A DNA stretch of 64,000 nt from Candidatus Bathyarchaeota archaeon. GTDB lineage: Archaea > Thermoproteota > Bathyarchaeia > Bathyarchaeales > Bathycorpusculaceae. How positions within the stretch are numbered: the stretch's first letter is position 1; each line of letters starts with the position of its first letter. The position numbers and the translations under genes are program-made. Below, one piece after another: positions 22,379-33,957 of the stretch. Location of the stretch: positions 704,001 to 768,000 of the forward strand of contig OY969706.1 in NCBI GenBank assembly GCA_963702095.1, in the 5' to 3' direction. A model generated the notes under the pieces. The model was not told the DNA's origin and searched no databases. It saw only the letters and a program-made list of their open reading frames with translations.

Positions 22379-23434
22379 GTGGTCGGAACCAGTAACGTTA
22401 CACTAATTTTTAAATTAAAGCGCTCAATCAGAGCAATTTCACCAGTAATCGCAACACTACTAATGATAGCCATAGCCGTCGTAGCCTCACTCGTAGTATA
22501 CGCATGGGTAAGCGGCTACATAGGCTTCCAAACCAACAAAGCAGGAGAATCCATATCACTGCCCAGCCTTGCAGGCGTAGTCCACACTGGAACAAACATT
22601 GGCGACTTGGTTGTTTACGTGCAAAACGTAGGACAGGGAACTGTTGAAGTCAGCGCGGTATACGTAGACGACACACTCATAGATGAAACTGATTTATCAT
22701 ACATCCCCGATCCTCCAGGCAACGTGATATCTGAAGGAAGCACCGTCGAAATAACAATAGATGGAAACTTCAACTTAGACGAACGCCACGACATCAAAGT
22801 AACCACCACCAGCGGCACATCCATGACATACACAGGCAAACCAGGCACAGGCGGCTCAGTTACTCCTGACGCATTGACCGCAAGCATCACTCCTGCAGAT
22901 TCATTAACTATGACTGCAGGTGAGACCCAGACTTTTACAGCTTCATCATCAGGTGGGACAGGCTCAAAATCATACCAGTGGTATTTGGACAACTCAGTTG
23001 TTTCCGGAGAAACCTCACTAACCTATACCTACACTGCCGCAACTGGTTCACATGATGTCTACGTGAAAGTAACCGACAGCGCATCTACTCCAGTGCAAAG
23101 GGATTCAAATACGGTTACAATTACTGTAAACTCTGCTTTGGTAGCTCCAACTATAAGTACTGACGATATTTTGCTTACCTCAGGGCAGATAGCGACTCTT
23201 ACATCTACTACTGTCAATACTGGCACATCACCTTATACGTATCAATGGCTGCGGATTGCCCCCGGAGAAACATCATATTCAGAAATCAGCGGTGCAACAT
23301 CAACCAGCTATTCCTTCGAGCACAGAAATAGCGCTCCTTTCACGGCCCACGGCTCATGGTACTTTATGCTTAAAGTAACCGATAGTAAAGGTGCTGTTGT
23401 AACTTCAAACACGGTTGCAATAGGGGTTGGCTAG
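22379..23434 (+). CDS. Archaeal type IV pilin-like adhesin with two Ig/PKD-like domains
   Basis: Class III signal KRSIRA|ISPVIATLLMIAIAVVASL; YVQNVGQG; KVTTTSGT...GKPG; YQW-type Ig domains. Confidence 0.85.
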   Translation: MVGTSNVTLIFKLKRSIRAISPVIATLLMIAIAVVASLVVYAWVSGYIGFQTNKAGESISLPSLAGVVHTGTNIGDLVVYVQNVGQGTVEVSAVYVDDTLIDETDLSYIPDPPGNVISEGSTVEITIDGNFNLDERHDIKVTTTSGTSMTYTGKPGTGGSVTPDALTASITPADSLTMTAGETQTFTASSSGGTGSKSYQWYLDNSVVSGETSLTYTYTAATGSHDVYVKVTDSASTPVQRDSNTVTITVNSALVAPTISTDDILLTSGQIATLTSTTVNTGTSPYTYQWLRIAPGETSYSEISGATSTSYSFEHRNSAPFTAHGSWYFMLKVTDSKGAVVTSNTVAIGVG

Positions 23435-23652
23435 TAAACTGTGAAACCAGTGTAGGTAAAGATAAGAGTCTTTACTGAGGATGCATCTCCTACTATCCCT
23501 ACTTTTCACTCAAAAATCGAGCTCTTTTTTATTCCAAACTCCTTAACGCAAGAAAATGGAATTTAAAGGATACATGATTCGGCCATTTACTTTTCCCTTT
23601 AAGCGTTCCTTTATCGCTAACTTTTTATCTAAACTTAGGCTATTATAAAAAT

Positions 23653-25698
23653 ATGTCAACCAAACGAAGACAGTTATCAAGCGTATTTTTGGTAATATTA
23701 TTCTTAACTTCCATTTGTCCCGTTCTACTGGTTCAGCCAGCAGATGCCGCCGTCACAGGCACCTTGGCTGATAACCTCAACAATATTATTAGTAACATAA
23801 ATTGGAATGCTGGCAACTCATGGACCACAAATTGGGCTATCATCCTTGCTAATAAAGAAACCACAGCATTTGATAATGCCATGACTCAGGATATTAGTCG
23901 TGGAGATTATATCGATGCTTTATACGTTGCAAGGTTAGCTCAGCTAAGCGGTTATTCATCAGACATAATCACTCAAGGCACTCAAGTAGCCCTACAACAA
24001 ATTAACATGTGTGGAACTCTACCTATAACCGTCAACGCCCACAGTTACGGAGACCCCGATATCCTAAACACCGGATGTTTTCTGGTCTACCACCGGTCTA
24101 TCCTTTGGGGATACGACTACGCCAAGAACTACGGGTTAGACGGTAAATGGAATGCACAACAAGCATTCAATAGTTTTGCAAACGCTTACAGCAAAAAACC
24201 AAGTGGAAGCGTCTCAGGCGAAATGCTCTGGATCGACCCACAAGAAAATTGGGCAAGATCATACAGCAGCCGCTATTACGATGAGCACGCAGAAACCTTG
24301 AGTACTTTTCTGAAGTTTGCAGAACAAGGCGTGCCAAACGCAATGACTTATGCTAGCAGTTCATGGACAGGCGTTCAGGCCCATTGGAACGGACAATACT
24401 ACGGCTACACCGGAACAACTACTGTCGAATGCGAAATGGGAAACTTTGCACAAGTAATTGCAGAATACAAGGACCAAAACGGAGGAACAATACCCTACTG
24501 GGATAGGGTAATTTCAGACTTAAACTACAAGCTGCTTGCAAACAGCTGGAGCTCACCCGGCTGGGCAAGTCCAGGAGTCATTATTCACGCTAAAGGAGTA
24601 AACAATGAACTCAGACTATGGGAAACCATGGGCGCAACCATTGCACTTCAAACACAATACCCCTACTTCACCACAATCATGAAAAGCAACTGGCAAAACA
24701 TGTTAAGCGGGTCTTCTCCTGCTTGGCAAGGATTAATGAATAGCGCCCTATACAGTGGAGGCTACTTTAGAGGAACCAGCTCAATCGCTGTATCAAATGA
24801 AGCCACCGTATGTGGTGCGGCAACATTATTCCTCGATGGCATTGTTCCAGTAACTGGAAACGTTAACATCCCTAACCGAGAAGAATTCTACAACGACCTA
24901 AGAACACCCTTTAGCGCCACCGACTTCAAATTTGACTACGCGAACCGCCAAATAACAATCCCCGTTAACGCAGGACAAATAACCTTCATTTACGGAACAA
25001 CCCCTGTCAGCTACAACTTCCCAACCAACGCAGTCTACAACATCCAATTCTCAAGCGACTGGAATACCATCACAGCAGTAAACGGAGCCGCAGTCACTCC
25101 AAATCCCCCCTCAGCACCACTCAACCTACAAGCAACCGCAGGCAACGCCCAAGTAACCCTCACCTGGTCAGCTCCGGCTTCAAATGGAGGCGCCCCAATA
25201 ACAAGTTACCAACTATACAAGAGCACACAATCAGGACAAGAAATACCCTTCATGACATTAGGAGTCACAACAACCTACACTGACACACAAGTAGCCAACG
25301 GTCAAACATACTACTACTATATCAAAGCAGTCAACTCAGCAGGCGAATCAACACCATCAAATGAAGCAAGTGCAACACCGACCGCTCCAAAAACCATGAC
25401 TGCAACAGTAACAACAGCCAAAACAACCTACGCCAGAGGTTCAACAGTCACAGGCTCAACAACCGTAAAAGACGCCACCCTAGCTATACCAATAGCGGGA
25501 GCCACCTCGACAGTTAGTGTAATCAACCCTAATGGAAAAGTAGCGTGGACAGGCAAAAGCACAACCGGCTTAGACGGAATCGCCGCTTTCTCCTACAAAT
25601 TACCTGCGAATGCACAAAGAGGCGTGTATACGGTAAAAGCAACAGTCTCATATACGGGCTACCCTACCGTCACAGCACAAACAACTTTTAAAGTGTAG
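23653..25698 (+). CDS. Secreted protein: large aromatic-rich N-domain, fibronectin type III domain and C-terminal Ig-like domain
   Basis: Signal peptide; PSAPLNLQATAGNAQVTLTWSAPASNGGAPITSY...AVNSAGES is FN3; Y.RG.TV...G.YTV Ig domain. Confidence 0.75.
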   Translation: MSTKRRQLSSVFLVILFLTSICPVLLVQPADAAVTGTLADNLNNIISNINWNAGNSWTTNWAIILANKETTAFDNAMTQDISRGDYIDALYVARLAQLSGYSSDIITQGTQVALQQINMCGTLPITVNAHSYGDPDILNTGCFLVYHRSILWGYDYAKNYGLDGKWNAQQAFNSFANAYSKKPSGSVSGEMLWIDPQENWARSYSSRYYDEHAETLSTFLKFAEQGVPNAMTYASSSWTGVQAHWNGQYYGYTGTTTVECEMGNFAQVIAEYKDQNGGTIPYWDRVISDLNYKLLANSWSSPGWASPGVIIHAKGVNNELRLWETMGATIALQTQYPYFTTIMKSNWQNMLSGSSPAWQGLMNSALYSGGYFRGTSSIAVSNEATVCGAATLFLDGIVPVTGNVNIPNREEFYNDLRTPFSATDFKFDYANRQITIPVNAGQITFIYGTTPVSYNFPTNAVYNIQFSSDWNTITAVNGAAVTPNPPSAPLNLQATAGNAQVTLTWSAPASNGGAPITSYQLYKSTQSGQEIPFMTLGVTTTYTDTQVANGQTYYYYIKAVNSAGESTPSNEASATPTAPKTMTATVTTAKTTYARGSTVTGSTTVKDATLAIPIAGATSTVSVINPNGKVAWTGKSTTGLDGIAAFSYKLPANAQRGVYTVKATVSYTGYPTVTAQTTFKV

Positions 25699-25809
25699 CC
25701 CTAATTTCCTAACGTTTTTTCCTTTTTCCTGAATTTTAGGATCCTTTATGCCTAAATCCATGATCTAATTTTGAGCATCAATCAAGAAAACACAACTTAA
25801 CTTCTATCA

Positions 25810-28644
25810 TCATCTATTGGCTTTTTTAAAATTTGTTTGCCCTCTCGATTTAATAATAAATAAACAAATAGAAATGACAATCAAAATTACCACAAGAACC
25901 AGCACAATCCAAAGAGAATACACCTCTAAACCAGCTTTGTCACTAGTAAACGATATTTCAACTTGATGCGTGCTAAAATGGGTAGTAAACCAGACGTAGA
26001 AGTTTTGGCCATCTTGAGTGTAGCCTTGATTCTGAGCAGGCTCACCACTAACGAGAACGGTAGGCTCAACGCCGTAGGGAATTGCGGTTTTGGGGATGAC
26101 AAAATTTGCAAAGCCAGTGGTTCCGCTTTCTCCGGTTAATGTGAATGAGACCGTTGTTTTTGTATCGACGCTATTGATGGTAAGATTGGTGATTTGTGAG
26201 GCGGTGATGTTTCCGCTGATTACTAAATCAACACCTTGTCCAGTGCTTGTAGTTACATGTACTGTTGCAGAGGTTGGACCAATTGATGGTGAAGCAGTCG
26301 GGATAGGAGTCTGTGAAGTGGTCGGTGTAGGTGTATCAGTTGAGCTTGGTGTTTGTGTAGATGTTGGGGGCTGGGTTGGAGACGCTGTGGGAGTAGGTGT
26401 TGGGGTAGCAGTGGGAGTTGGGGTTGGCGCGGGGTTAACTGTCAAGGTTGTAGTATCGGTTTTACCGTTATATGCGGCTGTTACTGTCCACACGCCAGAG
26501 TTTTGGCTTATGTAAATGTTTGAATCCCAAGATCCGCCTGCACCGTTTTGTATTGACCATGTGCCTGTTACTGCACCTATGCTATTGCCTTGACTATCCC
26601 ACGCGGTTGCAGTTCCCGTTACAGCCTCTCCCAGATTTATGGTAGATGGATTTATTGAGCAAGTAATACGATCTAGTGGACCAGTATTTACCGTTAAAGC
26701 TATGGTTCCCTCAATGCCAGAAACGGAGGCTTTTACAGTCCAGGTTCCCGCAAACTTTGAGGTATAGATATTTGTGGACCAACTGCCACTCGCCCCACTT
26801 TGAATTGACCAAGTAACGCTTTGAGGTCCCAAATTGTTACCTTTTGCATCATACCCTATCGCTGTACCCGTTGTGGTTGCTCCAGCAACTATTGTAGACG
26901 AAGAGAGAGACACTGAAAGACGGTACAGATCGGCTGCATTCACAGTTAGGGTTGTCGTGCCTTGGATGTCTGAGTTTTCAGCTTTGGCGAAAACTTGCCA
27001 TGTTCCAGCGTTTTGAGAAGTGTATAAGTTTTGAGCCCAACTGCCCGCCGCTCCGCCCTCAATGGACCAAGTTGAAACTTGAGCGTCTAAGTTGTTTCCT
27101 TGATCATCGTAACCTATTGCGGTACCTGTAGAGGTAGCGCCGGCAACGATTGAGGAAGGAGACATTGAAATGGAAAGTCTGTATAGAGGTCCAGCGGTGA
27201 CTTCTAAAGCGGCTGTGTCTTGAATCCCTGACACTGAAGCTGTTACCGTCCATGAACCTGCATACTTTGAGGTGTACACATTATTTAGCCAGATTCCACT
27301 AGCTTCAGGGTTAATACTCCAAACAGCAGTTTGGCTGCCTAAATTGTTTCCCTGATTATCATAGCCCACCGCAGTACCGGTTATGGTTCCACCTGCGGTA
27401 ATTGTGTTATCCGATAAAGAGACAGAAATTCTGTTTAAGGGTCCCGAGTTTACCTCTAAGAGTTTAGTACTTTTAATAGCTGACACGGTTGCACTAACTT
27501 CCCAGGTGCCAGCGTATTTTGAGGTGTAGATGTTGTTTGACCAACTGCCTCCTGCTGCGCTCTCAATAGACCAAGAAGCCGTTTGTACGCCTAAATTATT
27601 TTCTTGGGAGTCGTATCCTGTTGCAGTACAAGTAACGGTGCTTCCAGCAGTAACTGAATAGGATGACAAAGAAACTAAAATAGAAGCAAGAGGTCCATTA
27701 TTTACAATCAACGGTGCTGTTCCATGAATACTGCCAACAGCAGCTGTTACTGTCCAACCGCCAGAGTATTTTGAGGCATAAACGTTTCCAATCCATGAAC
27801 CGCCCGCCCCGCTTTGAATAGACCAAAATGAAGTTTGAGGACCTAAACTATTACCTTGATTGTCATATCCTATTGCAATCCCAGACACAGGATCACCAGC
27901 GACAATATCGGATGAAGATAAAGATACCGATAAGGAAGCTAAAGAAGCGGTATTCACAGTTAACTGGCAGGTCGAACTCTTTTCTGCGTAAATTGCAGTT
28001 ATAGTCCAAATACCCGAAGTATGACTTGTGTAGACATTGCTTGACCAACTTCCACCCGCACCACTTTCAACACTCCAAACGGCACTTACTACGACAAGAT
28101 TATTGTCATAGACGTCATATCCTATTGCGGTGCCAGTCGTTTGTGCCCCAGCGGTTACTGTAGTAGGGGAGACTGAGCAGGTTATATGGTCCAATTTTGC
28201 AGCAAATACTGTTAGAGGCGAGCTTTCCTTCTCCATAGTACCATCAGTGACGGTGATTGTCTGACTACCAGCCATTTTTAATATAATGTCAAATGATTTT
28301 AGTCCTAAATCTTCTGGTTGAAAGGTGTAGTCATTGGGTAAACCATCTGTTTTGGTATCTGTTGATGAAAAACTCACTGTGCCGGCATAATCTGTATCAG
28401 GACTGCCAAGCTCATCAAGGGCTTCTACTTGGATTTTGAAATGCTCACCAGCAACAATTTGGGTAACGTTATTTACAATAATATTAAAGCCGGGCAGTGT
28501 ATCAGCCAATGGTTCAATACCGCTATAATTTGCAGTGGCAGAGACACTTATTGCATTGGCTACGGATGAAGCAATAAACAATATTATAATAAGACCTATT
28601 GTTTGCTGAAAGCCTTTTTTAAAAGTAAAGCTATCTTTACCCAT
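25810..28644 (-). CDS. Membrane-anchored surface protein with seven Ig-like repeats of about 84 aa, PT linker and C-terminal TM
   Basis: Repeats of GYD..GN.LG....WSI..GA.GSW..N.YTS..AG.WTV.A; C-terminal hydrophobic helix plus basic tail. Confidence 0.85.
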   Translation of the reverse strand: MGKDSFTFKKGFQQTIGLIIILFIASSVANAISVSATANYSGIEPLADTLPGFNIIVNNVTQIVAGEHFKIQVEALDELGSPDTDYAGTVSFSSTDTKTDGLPNDYTFQPEDLGLKSFDIILKMAGSQTITVTDGTMEKESSPLTVFAAKLDHITCSVSPTTVTAGAQTTGTAIGYDVYDNNLVVVSAVWSVESGAGGSWSSNVYTSHTSGIWTITAIYAEKSSTCQLTVNTASLASLSVSLSSSDIVAGDPVSGIAIGYDNQGNSLGPQTSFWSIQSGAGGSWIGNVYASKYSGGWTVTAAVGSIHGTAPLIVNNGPLASILVSLSSYSVTAGSTVTCTATGYDSQENNLGVQTASWSIESAAGGSWSNNIYTSKYAGTWEVSATVSAIKSTKLLEVNSGPLNRISVSLSDNTITAGGTITGTAVGYDNQGNNLGSQTAVWSINPEASGIWLNNVYTSKYAGSWTVTASVSGIQDTAALEVTAGPLYRLSISMSPSSIVAGATSTGTAIGYDDQGNNLDAQVSTWSIEGGAAGSWAQNLYTSQNAGTWQVFAKAENSDIQGTTTLTVNAADLYRLSVSLSSSTIVAGATTTGTAIGYDAKGNNLGPQSVTWSIQSGASGSWSTNIYTSKFAGTWTVKASVSGIEGTIALTVNTGPLDRITCSINPSTINLGEAVTGTATAWDSQGNSIGAVTGTWSIQNGAGGSWDSNIYISQNSGVWTVTAAYNGKTDTTTLTVNPAPTPTPTATPTPTPTASPTQPPTSTQTPSSTDTPTPTTSQTPIPTASPSIGPTSATVHVTTSTGQGVDLVISGNITASQITNLTINSVDTKTTVSFTLTGESGTTGFANFVIPKTAIPYGVEPTVLVSGEPAQNQGYTQDGQNFYVWFTTHFSTHQVEISFTSDKAGLEVYSLWIVLVLVVILIVISICLFIIKSRGQTNFKKANR

Positions 28645-29458
28645 CTCTCAAGCCCTATCCTTCTACTGTACCAATTATAATGTTGCGTTTCGCTCATATT
28701 AACATGTAAACCTACTTGGCGATTATATTATTGGAAAGATTTGGTAGTGCTGTTGGTCAGCTGTAACTTCCTAACTAAGGGAGTCTACGACATCCAGCGA
28801 CTCTACCGTGATTACTTAGTAAAGTAACCCATAGAAATGAGCCCCATCAAACGCTAAGATTTTATAAAGTACACAAAAGCGATAGCCCCACCAAGGATTA
28901 GTGGATTAATACATAATTTTGACTTTCACTATATTATAAAATACCTGATGAATTCTAGATAGTTCTGATTTTATGGATGCCAGTGCTAAGAGAACACTAT
29001 GAAGGGGTATAGCTTGTTTGCATTAATCTTTGGCTTTACAGCCTTTGCGCAGGTAGCAGGCGGCGCAGTTTTTTTCTTCGCCTGTATTCCAACAAATCCT
29101 TACAATTTTAGGCGCAGGGGGCTCTGTGTCAAAGTTAGAGTCGATGGTAAAGATTTCATCGTATTGTTGGACTTCTTGTGTTCGTTTTTTTATCTGCGAC
29201 ATATGTTACTATTTCTATGTATTGCGATATAAGTCTTCTGTTTTACGAGATAATATTGTTGAGTTAGAACCTCAACCATAAACACCCGCATCTTTTAAGG
29301 GAACTAACAAACCAACCAAAAAAAAGACGGTTGGCAAGAGAAAGGATAAGCCAAATTCACTTTTGCCCGCCATAACTCTCGTGCACGTAAACTTAACTTT
29401 TGCGAAAATAGTGGCGTTATCCCTACACATAATCGCCAAAATGCTCCGACCTACAAAT

Positions 29459-29824
29459 CTAGCAGCCTACTGATGCAACAATCAGCCTGTTTCTCTTAAC
29501 AATATCTTGGCTAAACAGCGAGACCTTCAAAGGACTTTTGTAGCTTTGCTCACTAAACATACCGATTATTTCCTGCTGCTTCTCTACGAATTCCAACCCT
29601 TTTTCCGTGGCTCTGTATACGGCTTTTTTGCCGACAAAGATTCTTTTTAGTAAGCCATGCTTTTGCAAGAAGTCCATGTATTCATTGAGTTGACTGAAGC
29701 TGAGGTTGGCCCTAAGCATTATATTGGTTTTTGAGGAGTCAGTTTTGGCGATTGAGATAATCTCCATCATAATGATTAGCTTATCGCGCCTTTTTGCTTG
29801 ATACTCAATTATCTCAATCGTCAT
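29459..29824 (-). CDS. Archaeal winged-HTH protein (HTH_45-like)
   Basis: RRDKL.I..EII...KT.IM.RANLSF.QL..Y..FL....LL...Y..TEKG.EF pattern. Confidence 0.85.
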   Translation of the reverse strand: MTIEIIEYQAKRRDKLIIMMEIISIAKTDSSKTNIMLRANLSFSQLNEYMDFLQKHGLLKRIFVGKKAVYRATEKGLEFVEKQQEIIGMFSEQSYKSPLKVSLFSQDIVKRNRLIVASVGC

Positions 29825-29975
29825 TTCTATTTCCTATATATATTCAAGATTTAAGAATCGCATTATAAGGGAGTTTTCCACAGTCTTATTATATCAGATT
29901 TCGGAATATACACCTTTAAATAACCTTTATCTTAACATACAAACATAGTCTAAACAAAGCGCTAACCAATAAAAA

Positions 29976-32024
29976 TTGGGAGAAGAGAAAATGAGAGAAA
30001 TAACCAAACTAAAACGCTCAGTAAAAGCAGTCTCACCAGTAATTTCAGTACTATTATTGATATCAATAGCTGTCGTAGCATCGCTTATCGCCTACGCCTG
30101 GGTCACAGGCTATATAGGCTTCCAAACAGACAAAGCAGGCAAACAAATACAAATACAAAGTTATGAACTTGGCAGCTCTATTATTTATGTCCAGAATACC
30201 GGCCAAGGCACTGTTCATCTAAAGCAAGATGGAAGCGTATACATTAACGACATACTAAAAACAATAAGTGAAGTGGATGGAGAGCCTCAGAAAAGTGGCA
30301 TAACTATCCCTATTGCTCCAGGGCAAACTGTAAAAGTATTAGTTAACTGTGATCCCTTAAAACCGGGCGACCGAATCAAAGTCGTAACAGTAGAAGGCAC
30401 ATCTATGGAAACCTCAGGCCACAACACTAGCAACGTATCCAATGGAAACGGAAACACCGGCGATTCAACTGCGCCAATAGTAAGCTTCAGTTTTACACCG
30501 ACAACACCTTCAATTGGAGAGACAGTTCAATTCACAGACACATCTACAGCTGGCAGTGGAAGCATCACCCATAGAACATGGAGCTTTGGCGATGGCTCAG
30601 TAACTAACGATAATCCAACCCCAACCCACGCCTATGATACAACTGGCACAAAAACAGTATCTCTAGCAGTCACCAATTCAAACGGCAAAGTAAGCACTAC
30701 TCAACAGACAATCACAATCTACGACTACGAGACGCCATCTGCAAGCTTTACCTTCACAGTAACTGGCACAAACGTTGAATTCCAAGATGCCTCAACGGCC
30801 GGCAGTGGAACCATAACACAATGGTCCTGGAGCTTTGGCACCGGTGCATCACCATCAACTAGCAACATTGCGAACCCAACGGTTTCTTACTCTAGCAATG
30901 GACAAAAAACTGTTACTTTAACAGTGACCAACTCACATGATAAGGCAGCCACAACCTCAAGAACCGTAAACATCGGCACAACAGCCGGAGGCGCTCCAAC
31001 AGCTGAATTTACAATATCAAACACTAACCCCTACCCAGGAGAAACAGTAACCTTCACCGATACATCTACAGCGGGAACCTCAGGCTCGATCAGCAGTCGA
31101 TCATGGAACTTTGGTGATGGCGGAACATCCACTGCACGAAACCCAACCCATGCATACACAACGCCAGGAGCAAAAACCGTAACCCTAACCGTTAGAGATA
31201 CCGATGGCCAAACAAGCACTGCAACACACACATTAACCGTGACTGACTATGTATCACCGATTGCAAACTTCATGTTTGACCCAGCATCCCCGATAATCAA
31301 CCAAGCAATAGCCTTCACAGATACTTCAACCGCTGGTTCGGGAACGATAAACCAGTATGCATGGACATTTGGCTCAGATGCATCACAACCAACAAGTACC
31401 GCTCGAAATCCAAACGGAATATCATACTCAACAAGCGGCGCAAAAACAGTAACATTAACCGTAACTGACTCCAACGGCAAGACAGGCACCATAACCCAAA
31501 CAATTCAAATTGGCACTTCAACAGTGGGACCAGAACCCGAGCTACTTAGCTCAAGCTTTGATGGCACAGACTGGGCAAGCGGATGGAACGATTCGCCAAA
31601 CCCCCCATGGTACCCAACAGCAACTGAAGGAAAAGACGGAACTCCAACTACAGCGGCAAAGTCCGACCCGCTCCAAAACAACGAAGGCGCATTCACCTGT
31701 AACGCCTTAGTCATTCCAGCAGGTACAAACGTCATTCACGTGAGCTTCGACTACAAGGTTCACTTCATAACAAACGGATACCTCAGACTATACTATTCGG
31801 GACTACCTAACGAAGATCAATACGACCCAACATTTACCTACACCGGTCTAAGTCTTACCGCGGCTAACACCGACAACGATGACTGGGGACACTATACCTT
31901 CGATATAACCGACCACAATGCCTTCACCAACACATTCAGATTCCGCTTCACCAGCAGTCTTTCATCAATTGACGGCGAACTTGAAACCGTAATCGTAGAC
32001 AACGTCGTCATAACATACGATTGA
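29976..32024 (+). CDS. Type IV pilin-like adhesin with four PKD domains and a C-terminal lectin-like domain
   Basis: KRSVKA|VSPVISVLLL; four F.D.S....W.FG....NP...Y...G.KTV.L.VT PKD repeats; ends VDNVVITYD. Confidence 0.88.
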   Translation: MGEEKMREITKLKRSVKAVSPVISVLLLISIAVVASLIAYAWVTGYIGFQTDKAGKQIQIQSYELGSSIIYVQNTGQGTVHLKQDGSVYINDILKTISEVDGEPQKSGITIPIAPGQTVKVLVNCDPLKPGDRIKVVTVEGTSMETSGHNTSNVSNGNGNTGDSTAPIVSFSFTPTTPSIGETVQFTDTSTAGSGSITHRTWSFGDGSVTNDNPTPTHAYDTTGTKTVSLAVTNSNGKVSTTQQTITIYDYETPSASFTFTVTGTNVEFQDASTAGSGTITQWSWSFGTGASPSTSNIANPTVSYSSNGQKTVTLTVTNSHDKAATTSRTVNIGTTAGGAPTAEFTISNTNPYPGETVTFTDTSTAGTSGSISSRSWNFGDGGTSTARNPTHAYTTPGAKTVTLTVRDTDGQTSTATHTLTVTDYVSPIANFMFDPASPIINQAIAFTDTSTAGSGTINQYAWTFGSDASQPTSTARNPNGISYSTSGAKTVTLTVTDSNGKTGTITQTIQIGTSTVGPEPELLSSSFDGTDWASGWNDSPNPPWYPTATEGKDGTPTTAAKSDPLQNNEGAFTCNALVIPAGTNVIHVSFDYKVHFITNGYLRLYYSGLPNEDQYDPTFTYTGLSLTAANTDNDDWGHYTFDITDHNAFTNTFRFRFTSSLSSIDGELETVIVDNVVITYD

Positions 32025-32109
32025 TAAACAGCAACAAACACTAAACCCAACCTTTCCTTTTTTATTTTAATTTAAAAAAACTTATAAAGCGACAGAGAAA
32101 TGATAAAAT

Positions 32110-33018
32110 ATGAAGAACAAGCTATTCCTCAAAATATTTCTGGTTTTACTAATAGCCTCCCCCTTACTCATAGGATTCGGGCAAGCCCAAACTGCGGTAA
32201 TAGGGGTCGCAAAGGACGAAACATTTGATTACAACTATAACCTCAGTTGGGTCTCTTCAGACTCTCAAGCTACACCTCCCGCAATTTATCAAAAAATAAA
32301 TCAGACACAATCGATTGAACTCAAGATAACCGATGTATCTGGATCGATTGTATACATAGAAACTGTTAAGCACTACAAAAACGGAACTAGCACTTCTCAA
32401 AGTGGATATGTAAATGTTGATAATGGCGAAATTACTGTCCCATTTGGAAACCTCGTAATTAGCGCTAATCTTAATCCCAACGAACAATTGTATCCCTCTG
32501 GTGGCCATGCAATAATAGCTGATAGCTCGACTAGGACATATCCAAGCGGTCAAAGAGTGACTAACCACTATTTCTCTCAAACCAATAGCCAGGATGAATA
32601 TGAGAAAGTTGAGGTTTATTTCGATAAAGCAAAGGGTATAGCGGTTGATTATTCAAGCGAAACACGGGAAACCTCCGAAGCTATCACTACAAAATGGACT
32701 GAAACGCTGACAAATACGAATTCTGATGATTGGACCCGTTCACCCGAGGTTACTAGCACTTATACACCATCAGAAATTACATCCGCTACTACTTCTGCTA
32801 CTACCTCCGCAACAAGCTATCCAGTCAACACACAAGATTCATCTTGGGGAACCCAAACCGAAGATTCACCGCAATCATCTAACATCATATTGGTTATTGC
32901 AATTGTCTTGATTGTTATAGTTGCTGTATCGGTTCTTGCTTTGCGCGGCAGAAAGAACAAGCATACATCAAGTGTTGACAAAGATTTCGAAAAGTATCTA
33001 AAACCAAAAGCCTCCTAA
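32110..33018 (+). CDS. Secreted protein with Ser/Thr linker and C-terminal membrane anchor
   Basis: Signal peptide, S/T-rich linker, TM helix followed by RGRKNK. Confidence 0.75.
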   Translation: MKNKLFLKIFLVLLIASPLLIGFGQAQTAVIGVAKDETFDYNYNLSWVSSDSQATPPAIYQKINQTQSIELKITDVSGSIVYIETVKHYKNGTSTSQSGYVNVDNGEITVPFGNLVISANLNPNEQLYPSGGHAIIADSSTRTYPSGQRVTNHYFSQTNSQDEYEKVEVYFDKAKGIAVDYSSETRETSEAITTKWTETLTNTNSDDWTRSPEVTSTYTPSEITSATTSATTSATSYPVNTQDSSWGTQTEDSPQSSNIILVIAIVLIVIVAVSVLALRGRKNKHTSSVDKDFEKYLKPKAS

Positions 33019-33312
33019 AGCTCTCTTTTTATTTTTTCTATTTTTTAGTTTAGGGGCTTGATAGTCTTTTTTTACGGGGGTTCACAAAATAGATACTGCC
33101 AAAACCAAAATATCACTCCCCGAAAGTCACATTAAACAACCGATATTCCGGAATTTTTTTTCTGAATTTAAGCTTGACTCTGTTTTGACTACTTATCGTT
33201 CAGCCAAAAATATGAAAGGTTAGATAGGCACCTAAGTAATCACTAACTAAAAAAACGCTTGTGTTTTTTCCACGTATCCTCTGTTAGCGCATACAAACCT
33301 ATTCGTCTGCCC

Positions 33313-33546
33313 TCAGCTATATACCAATAGTTCACCCCTAGGCAGCAGAGCCACACAAGTAATTGATGGTACAAACAGCACTGTCAAGGTGGCAGTGGTT
33401 CGGTTTAGCCCTAGGACTGAATCCGATGGTGATGTTGTGAATAATGCGGCTCCAACTACACCAACCACTAAAGCGGTAGCCCCCACTATTACAAAACAGA
33501 AAATGGCAAGACGATAATCCTTACTATATCTTATGTATCTTCTCAA
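33313..33546 (-). CDS. Possible small membrane protein
   Basis: Two hydrophobic stretches; ggaggg SD upstream. Confidence 0.4.
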   Translation of the reverse strand: MRRYIRYSKDYRLAIFCFVIVGATALVVGVVGAALFTTSPSDSVLGLNRTTATLTVLFVPSITCVALLPRGELLVYS

Positions 33547-33957
33547 TATACTCTACCCTCCTGCCCATAATTTGTTCGTTATCAATTAGAATTCACGATC
33601 AGATTAATAACTGTTATCTTAAGTCTCTTGTTACAATAATTAGGTAGAACATATCTACGACTTACCTAAGAAAACAGAGGCACAAAATTTTTATTCTAAC
33701 TCGGTTGCTATATGCTGCTGTTGAGAAGGGAAATGCAAGTGAAAACTATTGGGTATATTATTCTCTTTGGAGCAGTAAACGAAATCATAGTAAAAGACGA
33801 CACTGTAACCGTAAAAGAGATCGCGAAAAACCCCGACTAAACAGACATTGGCAACCCACATGTAAAAGTTATGCTTTAGCATACGCTTTTCTATCGTCCT
33901 ATCATTTTAAATGCCAAGCTAAGAAAAAAGAAAAATTCTTTAATTTATGGATGCTTA

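Noticed and set aside
28999-29232. ORF-track entries here and at 19780, 20693, 36011, 36921 and 56445
   Set aside because: No recognisable motifs or convincing translation signals
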